A stretch of 64,000 bases of DNA from an uncultured Clostridia bacterium (GTDB lineage Bacteria > Bacillota > Clostridia > Christensenellales > Aristaeellaceae). Numbering within the stretch: position 1 is the first letter of the stretch; each line of letters begins with the position of its first letter. The notes under the pieces are model-generated. The model saw only the letters and a list, made by a program, of their open reading frames with translations. It was not told the DNA's origin and searched no databases. The stretch lies in assembly GCA_934647235.1 (NCBI GenBank), contig CAKUFG010000008.1:6380-70379 (forward strand). Direction: 5' to 3'. Below are positions 33,963-43,752 of the stretch, in pieces. The position numbers and the translations under genes are program-made.

Positions 33963-35939
33963 ATGATGGACATTCAGCAAAAGACGATCAATACCATCCG
34001 CACCCTGGCCGTGGATACCGTGCAAAAGGCCAACTCCGGCCATCCCGGCGCGCCCATGGGCATGGCCGCCATGGCTTATGCCGCGTGGGCCGACGCCATG
34101 TGCCACAACCCCAAGGATCCTCAGTGGCAGAACCGCGACCGCTTCGTCCTTTCCAACGGTCACGCCAGCGCCCTGCTCTACTCCCTGCTGCACCTGTTCG
34201 GCTACGGCCTGACGATGGATGATCTGAAGAATTTCCGCCAGTGGGGCAGCAAGACCCCCGGCCATCCCGAATACCGCCACACCCCCGGCGTAGAAACCAC
34301 CACCGGCCCGCTGGGGCAGGGCATCGCCAACGCCGTGGGCTTCGCCATTGCCGAAACCATGCTGGCCGCCAAGTTCAACAAGCCTGAATTTCCCGTGGTG
34401 GATCACCGCGTATACGCCTTCTGCGGCGACGGCTGCATGATGGAAGGCATCGCCAGCGAGGCTGCCGCCCTGGCCGGCACCATGAAGCTGGGCAAGCTGA
34501 CGCTTCTGTATGACGACAACGACATCTCCATCGAGGGCAACACCGACATCGCCATGCGCGAGGACGTGGGCATGCGCTTTGCCGCCTACGGCTGGCAGGT
34601 GATCAAGGTAGACGACGGCAACGATGTGCAGAAGCTCCTTTCCGCCATCGCCGAGGCCCGCCGCGACGAGCGGCCCTCGCTGATCATCTGCAAGACCATC
34701 ATCGGCTACGGCTGCCCCGCCAAGCAGGGCACCGCCGGCTGCCACGGCTCGCCCCTGGGCGATGATAACGTGCTGGCCATGAAGAAGACCCTGGGCATGC
34801 CCGAGGGCACCTTCTGCGTGGACGACGATGTATACGCTCACTTGGCCGAGTGCGCCAAGCGCGGCGAGCAGCGTGAGGCCGAATGGAACGACCTGATGCT
34901 GCGCTATGCCGAAAAGTATCCCGAGCTGAAAAAGGAATACGACGCCTGGTTCAACCAGGAGCTGCCCGAAGGGCTGATGGACGATCCCGAGCTGTGGGAG
35001 TATGACGGCCGCATCGCCACCCGCGCTACCAGCGGCACGATGATCAACCGCCTGGCCAAGCGCCTGCCCAACCTGGTGGGCGGCAGCGCCGACCTGGCCC
35101 CCTCCAACAACACCTACATCAAGGACGGCGGCGATTACAGCGCCGAAAACCGCTCCGGCCGCAACATGCACTTCGGCGTGCGCGAGCATGCCATGGCGGC
35201 CATCTGCAACGGTATGGCCCTGCACGGCGGCCTGCGCGTGTTCTGCGGCACGTTCTTCGTGTTCAGCGATTACATGAAGCACGCCATCCGCATGAGCGCC
35301 ATCATGAAGCTGCCCGTCACCTATGTGCTCACGCACGATTCCATCGGCGTTGGCGAGGACGGCGCCACCCACGAGCCCGTGGAACAGCTGGCCGGCCTGC
35401 GCGCCATCCCTGATCTGCAAGTGATCCGCCCTGCCGACGGCAAGGAAACCACCGCCGCCTGGCTGACCGCCATCACCTCCGGCCTGCCCACCTGCCTGGT
35501 GCTTACCCGCCAGAGCCTGCCGCAGTATAACCATTGCGGCCGCTGCGGCTTCAAGGGCGGCTACATCCTGTCCGATTGCGGCCGCACGCCCGACGTGCTG
35601 CTCATGGCCAGCGGCTCCGAAGTGGAGCAGGTACTGGGAGCGCAGGCCGAGCTTGCCAAGGACGGCATCGCCGCGCGCGTCATCTCCATGCCCTGCATGG
35701 AAACGTTCCTCAAACAGGATGACGAATACCGCGAATCCGTCATGCCCAACGCCATCCGTGCCCGCGTGGCCATGGAAGCCGGCGCTACCATGCCCTGGTA
35801 TCGCTTCACGGGTCTGGACGGCGCGGTGATCGGCCTGGATCATTACGGTGCTTCCGCCCCTGCGGCCATCCTGTTCAAGGAATACGGCTTCACGGTAGAA
35901 AACGTAGTGGCCACCGCCAAGCGCGTGCTGGGCAAATAA
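33963..35939 (+). CDS. tkt: transketolase
   Basis: 658 aa with [20 protein letters not shown] and [14 protein letters not shown] motifs. Confidence 0.95.
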   Translation: MMDIQQKTINTIRTLAVDTVQKANSGHPGAPMGMAAMAYAAWADAMCHNPKDPQWQNRDRFVLSNGHASALLYSLLHLFGYGLTMDDLKNFRQWGSKTPGHPEYRHTPGVETTTGPLGQGIANAVGFAIAETMLAAKFNKPEFPVVDHRVYAFCGDGCMMEGIASEAAALAGTMKLGKLTLLYDDNDISIEGNTDIAMREDVGMRFAAYGWQVIKVDDGNDVQKLLSAIAEARRDERPSLIICKTIIGYGCPAKQGTAGCHGSPLGDDNVLAMKKTLGMPEGTFCVDDDVYAHLAECAKRGEQREAEWNDLMLRYAEKYPELKKEYDAWFNQELPEGLMDDPELWEYDGRIATRATSGTMINRLAKRLPNLVGGSADLAPSNNTYIKDGGDYSAENRSGRNMHFGVREHAMAAICNGMALHGGLRVFCGTFFVFSDYMKHAIRMSAIMKLPVTYVLTHDSIGVGEDGATHEPVEQLAGLRAIPDLQVIRPADGKETTAAWLTAITSGLPTCLVLTRQSLPQYNHCGRCGFKGGYILSDCGRTPDVLLMASGSEVEQVLGAQAELAKDGIAARVISMPCMETFLKQDDEYRESVMPNAIRARVAMEAGATMPWYRFTGLDGAVIGLDHYGASAPAAILFKEYGFTVENVVATAKRVLGK

Positions 35940-36024
35940 AGATCAATCGATACACGGATGGGCGCTTGCCGCAGGGTGAGCGCCCATCCCTGCAGTGACG
36001 GTATATAAATTGGAGGGGATTATC

Positions 36025-37422
36025 ATGACTACGCCGCATATTCGTGATTTCCGCGATCAGCGCGTGCATATGATCGGCATCGGCGGCAGCAGCATGTCGG
36101 GGCTGGCGCAGATGCTGCTGGATCAGGGCTATCACATCACCGGCTCTGACAACACCCACAGCCACGCGGTAGAGCGGCTGGAGGCCGAGGGCGTGCAGGT
36201 TTTCATCGGCCATGACGCGCGCAATGTGGAGGGCGCGGCGCTGATCATCTATTCTGCGGCCATCGCGCCCGACAACCCCGAGCGCGCCTATGCCTTCGCC
36301 CATGATATTCCCCAGATGGAGCGCGCCGTGCTGCTGGGCCAGGTAATGGAAGGTCATCAGGACGCCGTATGCGTCAGCGGCGCGCACGGCAAAACCACAG
36401 CCTCCTCCATGCTGGCGCAGCTGCTGCTGGATTGCGGCATGGATCCCGCCGTGCATATCGGCGGCAGGCTGGACGCGCTGGGCGGCGGCACGCGCATCGG
36501 CGGCGACAAGGTGTTTGTGGCCGAGGCGTGCGAGTTTTCTGGCAGCTTTCTGCACATGAAGCCCACCATCGCCGTGGTGCTCAATATCGATGCGGATCAC
36601 CTGGATTATTACGGCGATATGGCGCATATCGAGGCGGCGTTCTACAATTTCTGCTCCCTGCTGCCCATGGACGGCCTGGCCATCGGCTGGGGCGAGGATC
36701 CCCGCGTGCGCGCGCTGTTTGCGCGGCTGGACCGCCGGCATGAAACCTTTGGCTATACGAAGGTCTGCGATTGGTATCCGGCAGATCTTACCTATTCCGA
36801 TCACGGCTGCCCGCGCTTTACCGCGTGCTTCCGGGGCAGACCCATGTGCTCGGTCGCGCTGCGCGTGGCAGGCAGGTTCAACATCCTCAACGCCCTGGCT
36901 GCGCTGGCCAGCGCCCACGCCCTGGGCGCGGATATGCGCCTGGCCTCTGCATCGCTGGATCGCTTTGCAGGCGTGCATCGCCGCTTTGAGCACACCGGCG
37001 ACATCGACGGCGTGCATATGTATCACGATTATGGGCACAATCCCGTGGAGATGCGCGGCGCGCTGAGCGTGGCCTGCGAGCAGCATGCCAACCATGTGTG
37101 GGCGGTGATGCAGCCGCACACCTACAGCCGGGTCAAGACGCTGTTTGACGATTATCTCACCTGCACGCAGGCGGCGGATTATACGCTGGTGACGGATATC
37201 TACGCCGCGCGCGAGAAGGACCCCGGCGATATCAACAGCCAGATGCTGGTGGACGGCATGCGCGCCCACGGCGTAGACGCGGTGCTGACCCCCACCTTTG
37301 ACGATACTGAAAGCTATCTGCGCGCGCACTGGCAGCCTGGCGATCTGGTGCTGACCATGGGCTGCGGCAACATCAACCTGCTCAACGAGCAGATGCAGCA
37401 GCACGGCGACACGAAAAAGTGA
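36025..37422 (+). CDS. murC: UDP-N-acetylmuramate--L-alanine ligase
   Basis: HMIGIGGSSMSGLAQ and GAHGKTT motifs. I moved the start to 36025, which follows a GGAGGGG RBS. Confidence 0.9.
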   Translation: MTTPHIRDFRDQRVHMIGIGGSSMSGLAQMLLDQGYHITGSDNTHSHAVERLEAEGVQVFIGHDARNVEGAALIIYSAAIAPDNPERAYAFAHDIPQMERAVLLGQVMEGHQDAVCVSGAHGKTTASSMLAQLLLDCGMDPAVHIGGRLDALGGGTRIGGDKVFVAEACEFSGSFLHMKPTIAVVLNIDADHLDYYGDMAHIEAAFYNFCSLLPMDGLAIGWGEDPRVRALFARLDRRHETFGYTKVCDWYPADLTYSDHGCPRFTACFRGRPMCSVALRVAGRFNILNALAALASAHALGADMRLASASLDRFAGVHRRFEHTGDIDGVHMYHDYGHNPVEMRGALSVACEQHANHVWAVMQPHTYSRVKTLFDDYLTCTQAADYTLVTDIYAAREKDPGDINSQMLVDGMRAHGVDAVLTPTFDDTESYLRAHWQPGDLVLTMGCGNINLLNEQMQQHGDTKK

Positions 37423-37433
37423 GGTTCCCCGCC

Positions 37434-38081
37434 ATGAAAAAGCGTATTCTTGTGCTCTGCCTGGCCCTGTGCCTGCTGCTGACAGGTTGCTCCACGGGAA
37501 ATAAAAAGTCTGCCGACGCGCCCGCGCCTGGCTGGCTCATCGTCAGCGATGTAAACGCGCTGTGCCAGGATGCGCAGCTGCTTGAAGGCGGTCAGAAGCT
37601 GATGACCACGCTGTCTGACGATCTGCTGCTGTGCGCGGTGCTGGACAGCGCGCTGCCCGCCGCCGCGCAGCTGAACGGCTATGATCACATCGTGCTGCTC
37701 AGCGCCAGGTGGCTGGAAAAATACGGCGGCTCGGCCCAGCTGGAAGCCGTCGGCGAGGATACGCTGACCAACGCGCAGCGCTCCTACCTGACGCAGTACA
37801 TGTCCGCCCGCACGCTGGACGGCAGCGTCCTGCCCGGCGGCTCGGGGCTGTATACGCTCAAAAGCGGCAGCCTGACGCTGCGCACAGCGGGCGGCGCCGC
37901 TGCAGTCAGGCAGCCGCTGATTGTGCTGCTGGAGCAGCCTGCGGCCGTGCTGCGCTCCGACGTGTGTCTGCTGCCCATGGCCGCCGACGGCAATCTGTTC
38001 TTTGCGGATATCGAGCGGCTGTCCGGCGTGCTGTCGCAAAGCGCGCTGAGCAAATACGCGCAGGCGGAGACCGTCAGATAA
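37434..38081 (+). CDS. hypothetical lipoprotein
   Basis: MKKRILVLCLALCLLLTGCS lipobox, with no recognisable domain. Confidence 0.6.
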   Translation: MKKRILVLCLALCLLLTGCSTGNKKSADAPAPGWLIVSDVNALCQDAQLLEGGQKLMTTLSDDLLLCAVLDSALPAAAQLNGYDHIVLLSARWLEKYGGSAQLEAVGEDTLTNAQRSYLTQYMSARTLDGSVLPGGSGLYTLKSGSLTLRTAGGAAAVRQPLIVLLEQPAAVLRSDVCLLPMAADGNLFFADIERLSGVLSQSALSKYAQAETVR

Positions 38082-38153
38082 CCCTTCCGCACATCATCAG
38101 GCGCAAAAAAAGCGCCGCTGCACAGGCAAGGCTCGCAAATGGAGGGAAAACCT

Positions 38154-39212
38154 ATGCGCAAAGTGCTGAAAATCATAGGCATTGTGCTGCTGGCTGTCAT
38201 CGTGCTGGCAGCCGGGCTGATCGGCTATCTGACGATTACGGAGTTTCGCCCGGCGGCCGTGCAGGACGCAGCCGTGACGGCGGGGAACGCCTCCGCCGTG
38301 CTGCGCGCGGGGGAAAGTCTTCGCGTGCTGACGTTCAATACCGGCTATGCCGGGCTGGATAAAACGCAGGATTTCTTTATGGACGGCGGCTCGGGCGTAA
38401 GCCCTGCCGGCGGGCGCGCCAAGGTGGAGGAAAACCTGACCGGCATCCTGGCCGCCATTCAGGAAGCCAACGCGCAGATCGTGCTGCTGCAGGAGGTAGA
38501 TCAGGCCTCCGCGCGCACCAGCCGCATCGACGAAACGGCCTATTATCAGCAAAATACCGGACTGAACGCCGCCTATGCCGTCAATTATCAGTGCGGCTTC
38601 GTGCCCTTCCCGCTGCCGCCCATCGGCGCGGTCAAAAGCGGCGTGCTCACGCTTTCCGCCTATCAGCCCGCCCAGGCGCAGCGGCAAAGCCTGCCCGTGC
38701 CCTTCAAGTGGCCCATCCGCGTGGCCAACCTCAAGCGCTGCCTGCTGGTGGAGCGCATTCCCGTGGCGGACAGCGAGCATGAGCTGGTGCTGATCAACCT
38801 GCACCTGGAAGCCTATGACGACGGCGAGGGCAAGGCCGCCCAGACCCGTCAGCTGCTGGATTTTATCCGCCAGGAATACGAAAAGGGCAATTATGTCATC
38901 GCGGGCGGCGATTTCAACCAAACCTTTGAGGGCGTGCAGCGCTTTGGCGGCAGCTGGGAGGGCAAATGGACCCCCGGCGTGTTCACCGAGGACGAGCTGC
39001 CCCAGGGCGTGCGGCTGGTATACGATCCCGCCCTGCCCACCTGCCGTTCGTTGGATCAGGCGTATGCCGGCGACCGCGACAATCATGTTTTCTACCTGAT
39101 CGACGGTTTTCTGGTGACGGACAACGTGCAGGTTGAGGATGTACGCACGGTGGATCTGGACTTTGAATACTCCGACCACAACCCGATGCTGCTGCAGGCC
39201 AAGCTGCTTTAA
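38154..39212 (+). CDS. endonuclease/exonuclease/phosphatase (EEP) family protein with N-terminal TM anchor
   Basis: IVLLQEVD, NLHLEAYD and YSDHNP motifs. Start at 38154, after a GGAGGG RBS. Confidence 0.75.
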   Translation: MRKVLKIIGIVLLAVIVLAAGLIGYLTITEFRPAAVQDAAVTAGNASAVLRAGESLRVLTFNTGYAGLDKTQDFFMDGGSGVSPAGGRAKVEENLTGILAAIQEANAQIVLLQEVDQASARTSRIDETAYYQQNTGLNAAYAVNYQCGFVPFPLPPIGAVKSGVLTLSAYQPAQAQRQSLPVPFKWPIRVANLKRCLLVERIPVADSEHELVLINLHLEAYDDGEGKAAQTRQLLDFIRQEYEKGNYVIAGGDFNQTFEGVQRFGGSWEGKWTPGVFTEDELPQGVRLVYDPALPTCRSLDQAYAGDRDNHVFYLIDGFLVTDNVQVEDVRTVDLDFEYSDHNPMLLQAKLL

Positions 39213-39239
39213 GGCTTTTTCTTCAGCCGGAGGCAGCGG

Positions 39240-39482
39240 TCAAAGGGGCAGTCTGCCGCCGCTCAGCGCCAGCAGGGCCGTCAGCGCCAACAGCAGAACG
39301 GCGGGGATCAGCAGCGCGAAAAAGCGCGCGCGGCTGGGCGGCGCGGGCGGATCGTTTGCCTCGGCCGGATAATTATGCGAACGCTCAGGCTGCGGCGCAG
39401 GATTGCGCGCAGCCTTTTCTACTGTGCGCCGCACGCTGGCAGGCGTGGAGCCAAAGGCGCAGCGCAGTCGTGAGGGCTTCAT
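39240..39482 (-). CDS. putative minimal anti-sigma factor (single C-terminal TM)
   Basis: 80 aa. Its start overlaps the sigma-factor stop (ATGA). TM segment FFALLIPAVLLLALTALLAL. It has no zf-HC2 motif and almost no extracytoplasmic tail. Confidence 0.45.
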   Translation of the reverse strand: MKPSRLRCAFGSTPASVRRTVEKAARNPAPQPERSHNYPAEANDPPAPPSRARFFALLIPAVLLLALTALLALSGGRLPL

Positions 39483-39970
39483 CTCTCGCTCATCTCCTTT
39501 TCAAGGGCCATGCTTTGCCGCAGCAGCTTTTTTGCGCGGTGCAGGCGGGACTGCACCGTGCCCTGCGGCAGATGCAGTATTTCGGCAATTTCGCGTATCC
39601 TGTAGCCTTCCGCATAAAAAAGCATCAGCGGCAGGCGGTATTCGTCAGCCAGGCCAAGCAGCAGATCGCGCATCATCAGGTCCGCGTCCGGCGATGCGTC
39701 CCAGCGCATGATCTCTGCCTGGTCGGGCGGCAGGCTGGTTTCGCGCTTCTGCGAGCGCAGGATATCGTAGCAGTTGTTCACCAGGATTCGCACCACCCAG
39801 GCGCGCAGCGCGCCGTCGTCCCGCAGCCGCTCGCGCTTCTGCAATGCGGTCAGGATGCTTTCCTGGATGGCGTCCTCGCGGTCGCACTGGCGCGGCAGGA
39901 TGCTGGCCGACACGCGATACAGCGTATCCGTCAGCGCCAGCAGCTCGCGCTCAAAGGCCTCCTTCTCCAT
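39479..39970 (-). CDS. ECF-type RNA polymerase sigma-70 family factor
   Basis: Region 2 DAIQESILTALQ...WVVRILVNNCYD and region 4 GYRIREIAEILHLPQGTVQSRLHRAKKLL. I moved the start to 39970, which follows an AAGGAGG RBS. Confidence 0.85.
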   Translation of the reverse strand: MEKEAFERELLALTDTLYRVSASILPRQCDREDAIQESILTALQKRERLRDDGALRAWVVRILVNNCYDILRSQKRETSLPPDQAEIMRWDASPDADLMMRDLLLGLADEYRLPLMLFYAEGYRIREIAEILHLPQGTVQSRLHRAKKLLRQSMALEKEMSER

Positions 39971-40178
39971 GCCGCACCTCCTTTGTATCTCAACTATCTC
40001 ATGGTATAGACTGAAAAGCAAGCCGTTTTATTGCACAAAACCGAAATTTATTTTATTTTGTTCGCGGTTTGTGATCTTTGGTAGTCACAATATGAAAGGA
40101 CGCGGCGCGGGAAAAGGGCTATAATAGCATATGGATTCTCAGGTATTCTGCCGCACTGCGCGCAACGGAGGGACAAAA

Positions 40179-40874
40179 GTGAAATTTACCACCGTATTCT
40201 TTGATATCGATTATTGCCTGCTGGACACGCCCACGTCCGAGCGGCGCATCATCCGTGAGCTGTACGCCCAGCAGGGTCAGACCGTGGGCGACGAGGTGGG
40301 CGATACCTACCGTGAAATCAACCGCAAGCTCTGGGTATACCTGGACGCGGGGCAGATCACCCGCGAGCGGCTGTATGTGATGCGCTTTGAGCGCCTGTTT
40401 GAGCGCTATCCATTCTTCAAGCCCGCCGAGGAGGTCGCCCCGTGGTTCCTGGATCAGCTGGCGCACGCCTATGATCCGCAGCAGGGCGCGGCTCATCTGC
40501 TGGAGCGGCTGCACAACGCCGGCGCGCGCCTGTTTACCGCCTCCAACGGCATCGGCGAGGTGATGAACGGCCGTGTGGCCAACGCGGGCCTTTCCAAGTG
40601 GCTGGACGGCAAGTTTGCCGCCGACGATGTGGGCGCGATGAAGCCCAGCCCCAAATACTTTGACACCATCTTCAAGCGCAGCGGCGCCACCGACCTGTCC
40701 CGCACGCTGATGGTGGGCGATAACCCCGTGACCGACGTAAACGGCGCGGTGGAATACGGCATGACGGGCGCGCTGTTCGGCGCGCGCTATGAGGAGCCCA
40801 GCAAGGCCACCTTCGTCGCCCCCACCATGGCCGAGCTGGAGCGTCAGCTTTTTGCCGATGAGACGCAGGCGTAA
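40179..40874 (+). CDS. HAD-superfamily hydrolase
   Basis: Motif I FFDIDYCLLD and motif IV MVGDNPVTDVNGA. I prefer the GTG at 40179 (GGAGGG RBS) over the track ATG at 40131. Confidence 0.7.
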   Translation: MKFTTVFFDIDYCLLDTPTSERRIIRELYAQQGQTVGDEVGDTYREINRKLWVYLDAGQITRERLYVMRFERLFERYPFFKPAEEVAPWFLDQLAHAYDPQQGAAHLLERLHNAGARLFTASNGIGEVMNGRVANAGLSKWLDGKFAADDVGAMKPSPKYFDTIFKRSGATDLSRTLMVGDNPVTDVNGAVEYGMTGALFGARYEEPSKATFVAPTMAELERQLFADETQA

Positions 40875-40928
40875 GCCGCAGGGCATACGCACACGATAGA
40901 TCAATTACAGGACTGGAGGATAAAGAAT

Positions 40929-42746
40929 ATGAGCTCTCCCCTGACGACGGTTGTTCACAATACTGATGTCTGCGTGGTAGGCGGCGGCATCGGCGGCATG
41001 TTTACCGCCATTTCCGCGGCGCGCCACGGCGCGAAGGTGGTTCTGATGCAGGATCGCCCGGTGCTGGGCGGCAACGCCAGCAGCGAAATCCGCATGTGGA
41101 TCAGCGGCGCGGGCACCCGCGTGCGCGATCTGCAGGAAACGGGTATCATGGAAGAACTGCAGCTGGAAAACATGCATCGCAATCCCCGCCGCAACTTTAC
41201 CACCTGGGATGCGCTGCTGTATGAAATGGTTCGCTTTGAGCCCAACATCGAGCTGCTGCTCAACTGCACCTGCTGCGACGCCGCCATGGATGGCAGCCGC
41301 ATCGAGAGCGTGCGCGGCTTCCAGCTGACCACCTACAAGTGGCATGAAGTGCACGCCAAAATCTTTGTGGACAGCTCGGGCGACAGCATCCTGGCCCCGC
41401 TGACCGGCGCTGAATACAAGGTGGGCCGCGAAGCCAAGAGCGAATATAACGAGGAGTTCGGTCTGGAGCAGGCGGATAACCACACCATGGGCATGAGCAT
41501 CCTGATCCAGTGCCGCGAGACCGACCATCCCATCTCTTACACGCCGCCTGCCTGGGCCTATGATTTCCCGGACGACGACGCGATGAACAACAAGCCCCAC
41601 GATCTGCACGCCATCAACACCAACTTCTACTGGGTAGAGCTGGGCGGCATGCAGGACAGCATCGGCGACACCGAGGAAGTGCGCGACGAGCTGCTCAAAA
41701 TTGCCTTCGGCGTGTGGGATCATATGAAGAACCACGGCGATCACGGCGCGGAAAACTGGGATCTGGAATGGATCGGCTTCCTGCCTGGCAAGCGCGAAAG
41801 CCGCCGCTATGTGGGCGACTATGTGCTGACCCAGCACGACGTGGAAAAATGCACGCCCTTTGTGGATACCATCGCCTACGGCGGCTGGCAGATTGACAAC
41901 CACCTGCCCGGCGGCTTCCGCATGGACGCCAAGGGCGGCGCGCACCTGCAAAAGCGCCGTCTGAGCGAGCCCTATCCCATCCCATTCCGCAGCCTGTATT
42001 CCCATAACATCGAAAACCTGATGTTTGCCGGCCGCAACATCAGCGCTTCCCATGTAGCCTTCAGCTCCACCCGCGTGATGGGCACCATCGGCCTGCTGGG
42101 TCAGGCTGCCGGCACGGGCGCGGCCATCGCCGTGCATCATGGACTCATGCCCCGCCAGGCCTGCCAGCAGTACATCACCGAGATTCAGGATACCCTGATG
42201 GAGGACGACTGCTTCCTGCCCGGCCTGCGCCGCAAGATCGCGCCCCTGTCCAAGGAAGCCACGCTGACCTGCGATTACGGCGACTGCTCCGACCTGATCA
42301 ACGGCCTGGATCGCCGCATCTGGGGCAAGGATAACGGCTACTTCGGCAAGACCAACAAGGCCGTCACCTACACCTTCAGCGAGCCCAAGCATGTAGACGG
42401 CTTCCGCCTAGTGGTGGACAGCGACCTGAACCGCGAGTTTGTGGAGGGCAACCCCGACGGCCTGAACACCACCAGCGTCATGTTCTACCCCTACAGCCAC
42501 AACCAGACCACCTTTGGCTTCCCCAAGTGCATGATCAAGCACTACAGGATCGAGGCCCAGGGGGAGGACGGCCAGTGGCGCGTGGTATACGAGGATAAGG
42601 AAAACCATCAGCGCTTCATCAGGCAGCCGCTGGATATCACCGCCCGCGCGGTACGCTTTATCCCCCTGAGCACGTACTTCAGCGAAACCAAGGTGGAGGA
42701 CTATGGCAGCTCCGTGGCCCACATCTTCAACTTTGAGGTGTTCTGA
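40929..42746 (+). CDS. FAD-dependent oxidoreductase with C-terminal beta-sandwich-like domain
   Basis: N-terminal Rossmann motif VVGGGIGGMFTAISAARHGAKVVLMQDRPVLGGNASSE. The 605-aa length gives a C-terminal extension of about 130 aa (VTYTFSEPKHVDGFRLVVDSD...VRFIPLSTYF). Confidence 0.7.
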   Translation: MSSPLTTVVHNTDVCVVGGGIGGMFTAISAARHGAKVVLMQDRPVLGGNASSEIRMWISGAGTRVRDLQETGIMEELQLENMHRNPRRNFTTWDALLYEMVRFEPNIELLLNCTCCDAAMDGSRIESVRGFQLTTYKWHEVHAKIFVDSSGDSILAPLTGAEYKVGREAKSEYNEEFGLEQADNHTMGMSILIQCRETDHPISYTPPAWAYDFPDDDAMNNKPHDLHAINTNFYWVELGGMQDSIGDTEEVRDELLKIAFGVWDHMKNHGDHGAENWDLEWIGFLPGKRESRRYVGDYVLTQHDVEKCTPFVDTIAYGGWQIDNHLPGGFRMDAKGGAHLQKRRLSEPYPIPFRSLYSHNIENLMFAGRNISASHVAFSSTRVMGTIGLLGQAAGTGAAIAVHHGLMPRQACQQYITEIQDTLMEDDCFLPGLRRKIAPLSKEATLTCDYGDCSDLINGLDRRIWGKDNGYFGKTNKAVTYTFSEPKHVDGFRLVVDSDLNREFVEGNPDGLNTTSVMFYPYSHNQTTFGFPKCMIKHYRIEAQGEDGQWRVVYEDKENHQRFIRQPLDITARAVRFIPLSTYFSETKVEDYGSSVAHIFNFEVF

Positions 42747-43363
42747 TGCTGGACGTCTATCTTTTCCGTCATGGCGAAACCTATTGCAATAACGACGGCC
42801 GCCACACCGGCTGGCTGCCCTACGGCCTGAACGATACCGGCCGCGAGCAGGCCGACCGCGCAGGCGAACACTTCCGCGATTTTCCCTTCGACCGTTACTT
42901 CTGCAGCGATCTGGTGCGCACGCGCGAGACCTTTGAGCATATCTTCGGCCAGCGCGATGACTGCGAATACACCGAGCTGCTGCGCGAAGCCAACAGCGGC
43001 GAGCTGGCGGGCATGAAATATACCGAGTGCGCCGAAAAGTACGGCGAACGCTATGCCCAGGCGCGCAAAACCTGGTCGTTCCGCCAGTTTGGCGGCGACG
43101 ATGTAGAGGATCTGTTCGCCCGCACCCGCGGCTTCCTCAAAAAGATGGAAGAGCTGCCCAAGGACGTGCATACCGTCGCGGCTGTGACCCACGCGGGCAC
43201 CATGCGCACGCTGGCTGCCGCCATCGTGGGCGGCCAGATGCCGGGCTTCCCGATGCCCATCTTCAACTGCGCCTGCTGCGTGCTGCGTCTGAAGGATAAC
43301 GGCCAGTGGTGCATTGTGCACTGGAATATCGAAACGCCCCAGCATTTCGGCGAAGAGAAGTAA
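42746..43363 (+). CDS. histidine phosphatase family protein (phosphoglycerate-mutase-like)
   Basis: LFRHGETYCN catalytic motif and VTHAGTMR. Its start overlaps the upstream stop (TGATG). Confidence 0.8.
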   Translation: MLDVYLFRHGETYCNNDGRHTGWLPYGLNDTGREQADRAGEHFRDFPFDRYFCSDLVRTRETFEHIFGQRDDCEYTELLREANSGELAGMKYTECAEKYGERYAQARKTWSFRQFGGDDVEDLFARTRGFLKKMEELPKDVHTVAAVTHAGTMRTLAAAIVGGQMPGFPMPIFNCACCVLRLKDNGQWCIVHWNIETPQHFGEEK

Positions 43364-43382
43364 AGCAACAAATCAATCTGCA

Positions 43383-43422
43383 AACGCGGCGCAAGCTCCA
43401 TGCGAGTCTGCGCCGCGTTTTT
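43383..43422 (+). terminator. rho-independent terminator
   Basis: Perfect 11-bp stem AACGCGGCGCA / TGCGCCGCGTT followed by a TTTTTAT run. Confidence 0.75.
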
Positions 43423-43434
43423 ATGCGCCTTTAT

Positions 43435-43463
43435 TTGCAATTCAGCCGCCATCAGCGTATAAT
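43435..43463 (+). promoter_or_regulatory. sigma-A type promoter
   Basis: TTGCAA, 17-nt spacer, TATAAT, upstream of the GlsB-like gene. Confidence 0.6.
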
Positions 43464-43497
43464 ACAGTGTATTCCAATTGCAAGGGAGGCTGTTTTT

Positions 43498-43752
43498 ATG
43501 CTGTTTTGGTGGATTGTGCGCATTGCCCTGTGGGCGCTGGCCGGCTATGTGGCCGCGCGGCTGATGAATACCAGCCTGAGCCTGATCTGGAACATTGTGC
43601 TGGGCCTGATCGGCGGCGCGGTGGGCTCGTTGGCGGCTGGGCTGATCGGCATTGGCTCTACCAACATGCTGGGCGGCACGTTGATTTCCGTAGCCGGCGC
43701 GTGCCTGGTAATCTATCTGGCACGTCTGCTTCTGCCGCGCATCAGGCGATGA
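43498..43752 (+). CDS. GlsB/YeaQ/YmgE-family small membrane protein
   Basis: 84 aa, Gly-rich TM protein (LGLIGGAVGSLAAGLIGIG). Start at 43498, after an AGGGAGG RBS. Confidence 0.75.
   Translation: MLFWWIVRIALWALAGYVAARLMNTSLSLIWNIVLGLIGGAVGSLAAGLIGIGSTNMLGGTLISVAGACLVIYLARLLLPRIRR

Noticed and set aside
35956-35988. 10-bp hairpin GGATGGGCGC…GCGCCCATCC after tkt, considered as a terminator
   Set aside because: No U-tract follows it, and murC starts 37 nt later with its own RBS. It may stabilise the mRNA, but I cannot support a terminator call.
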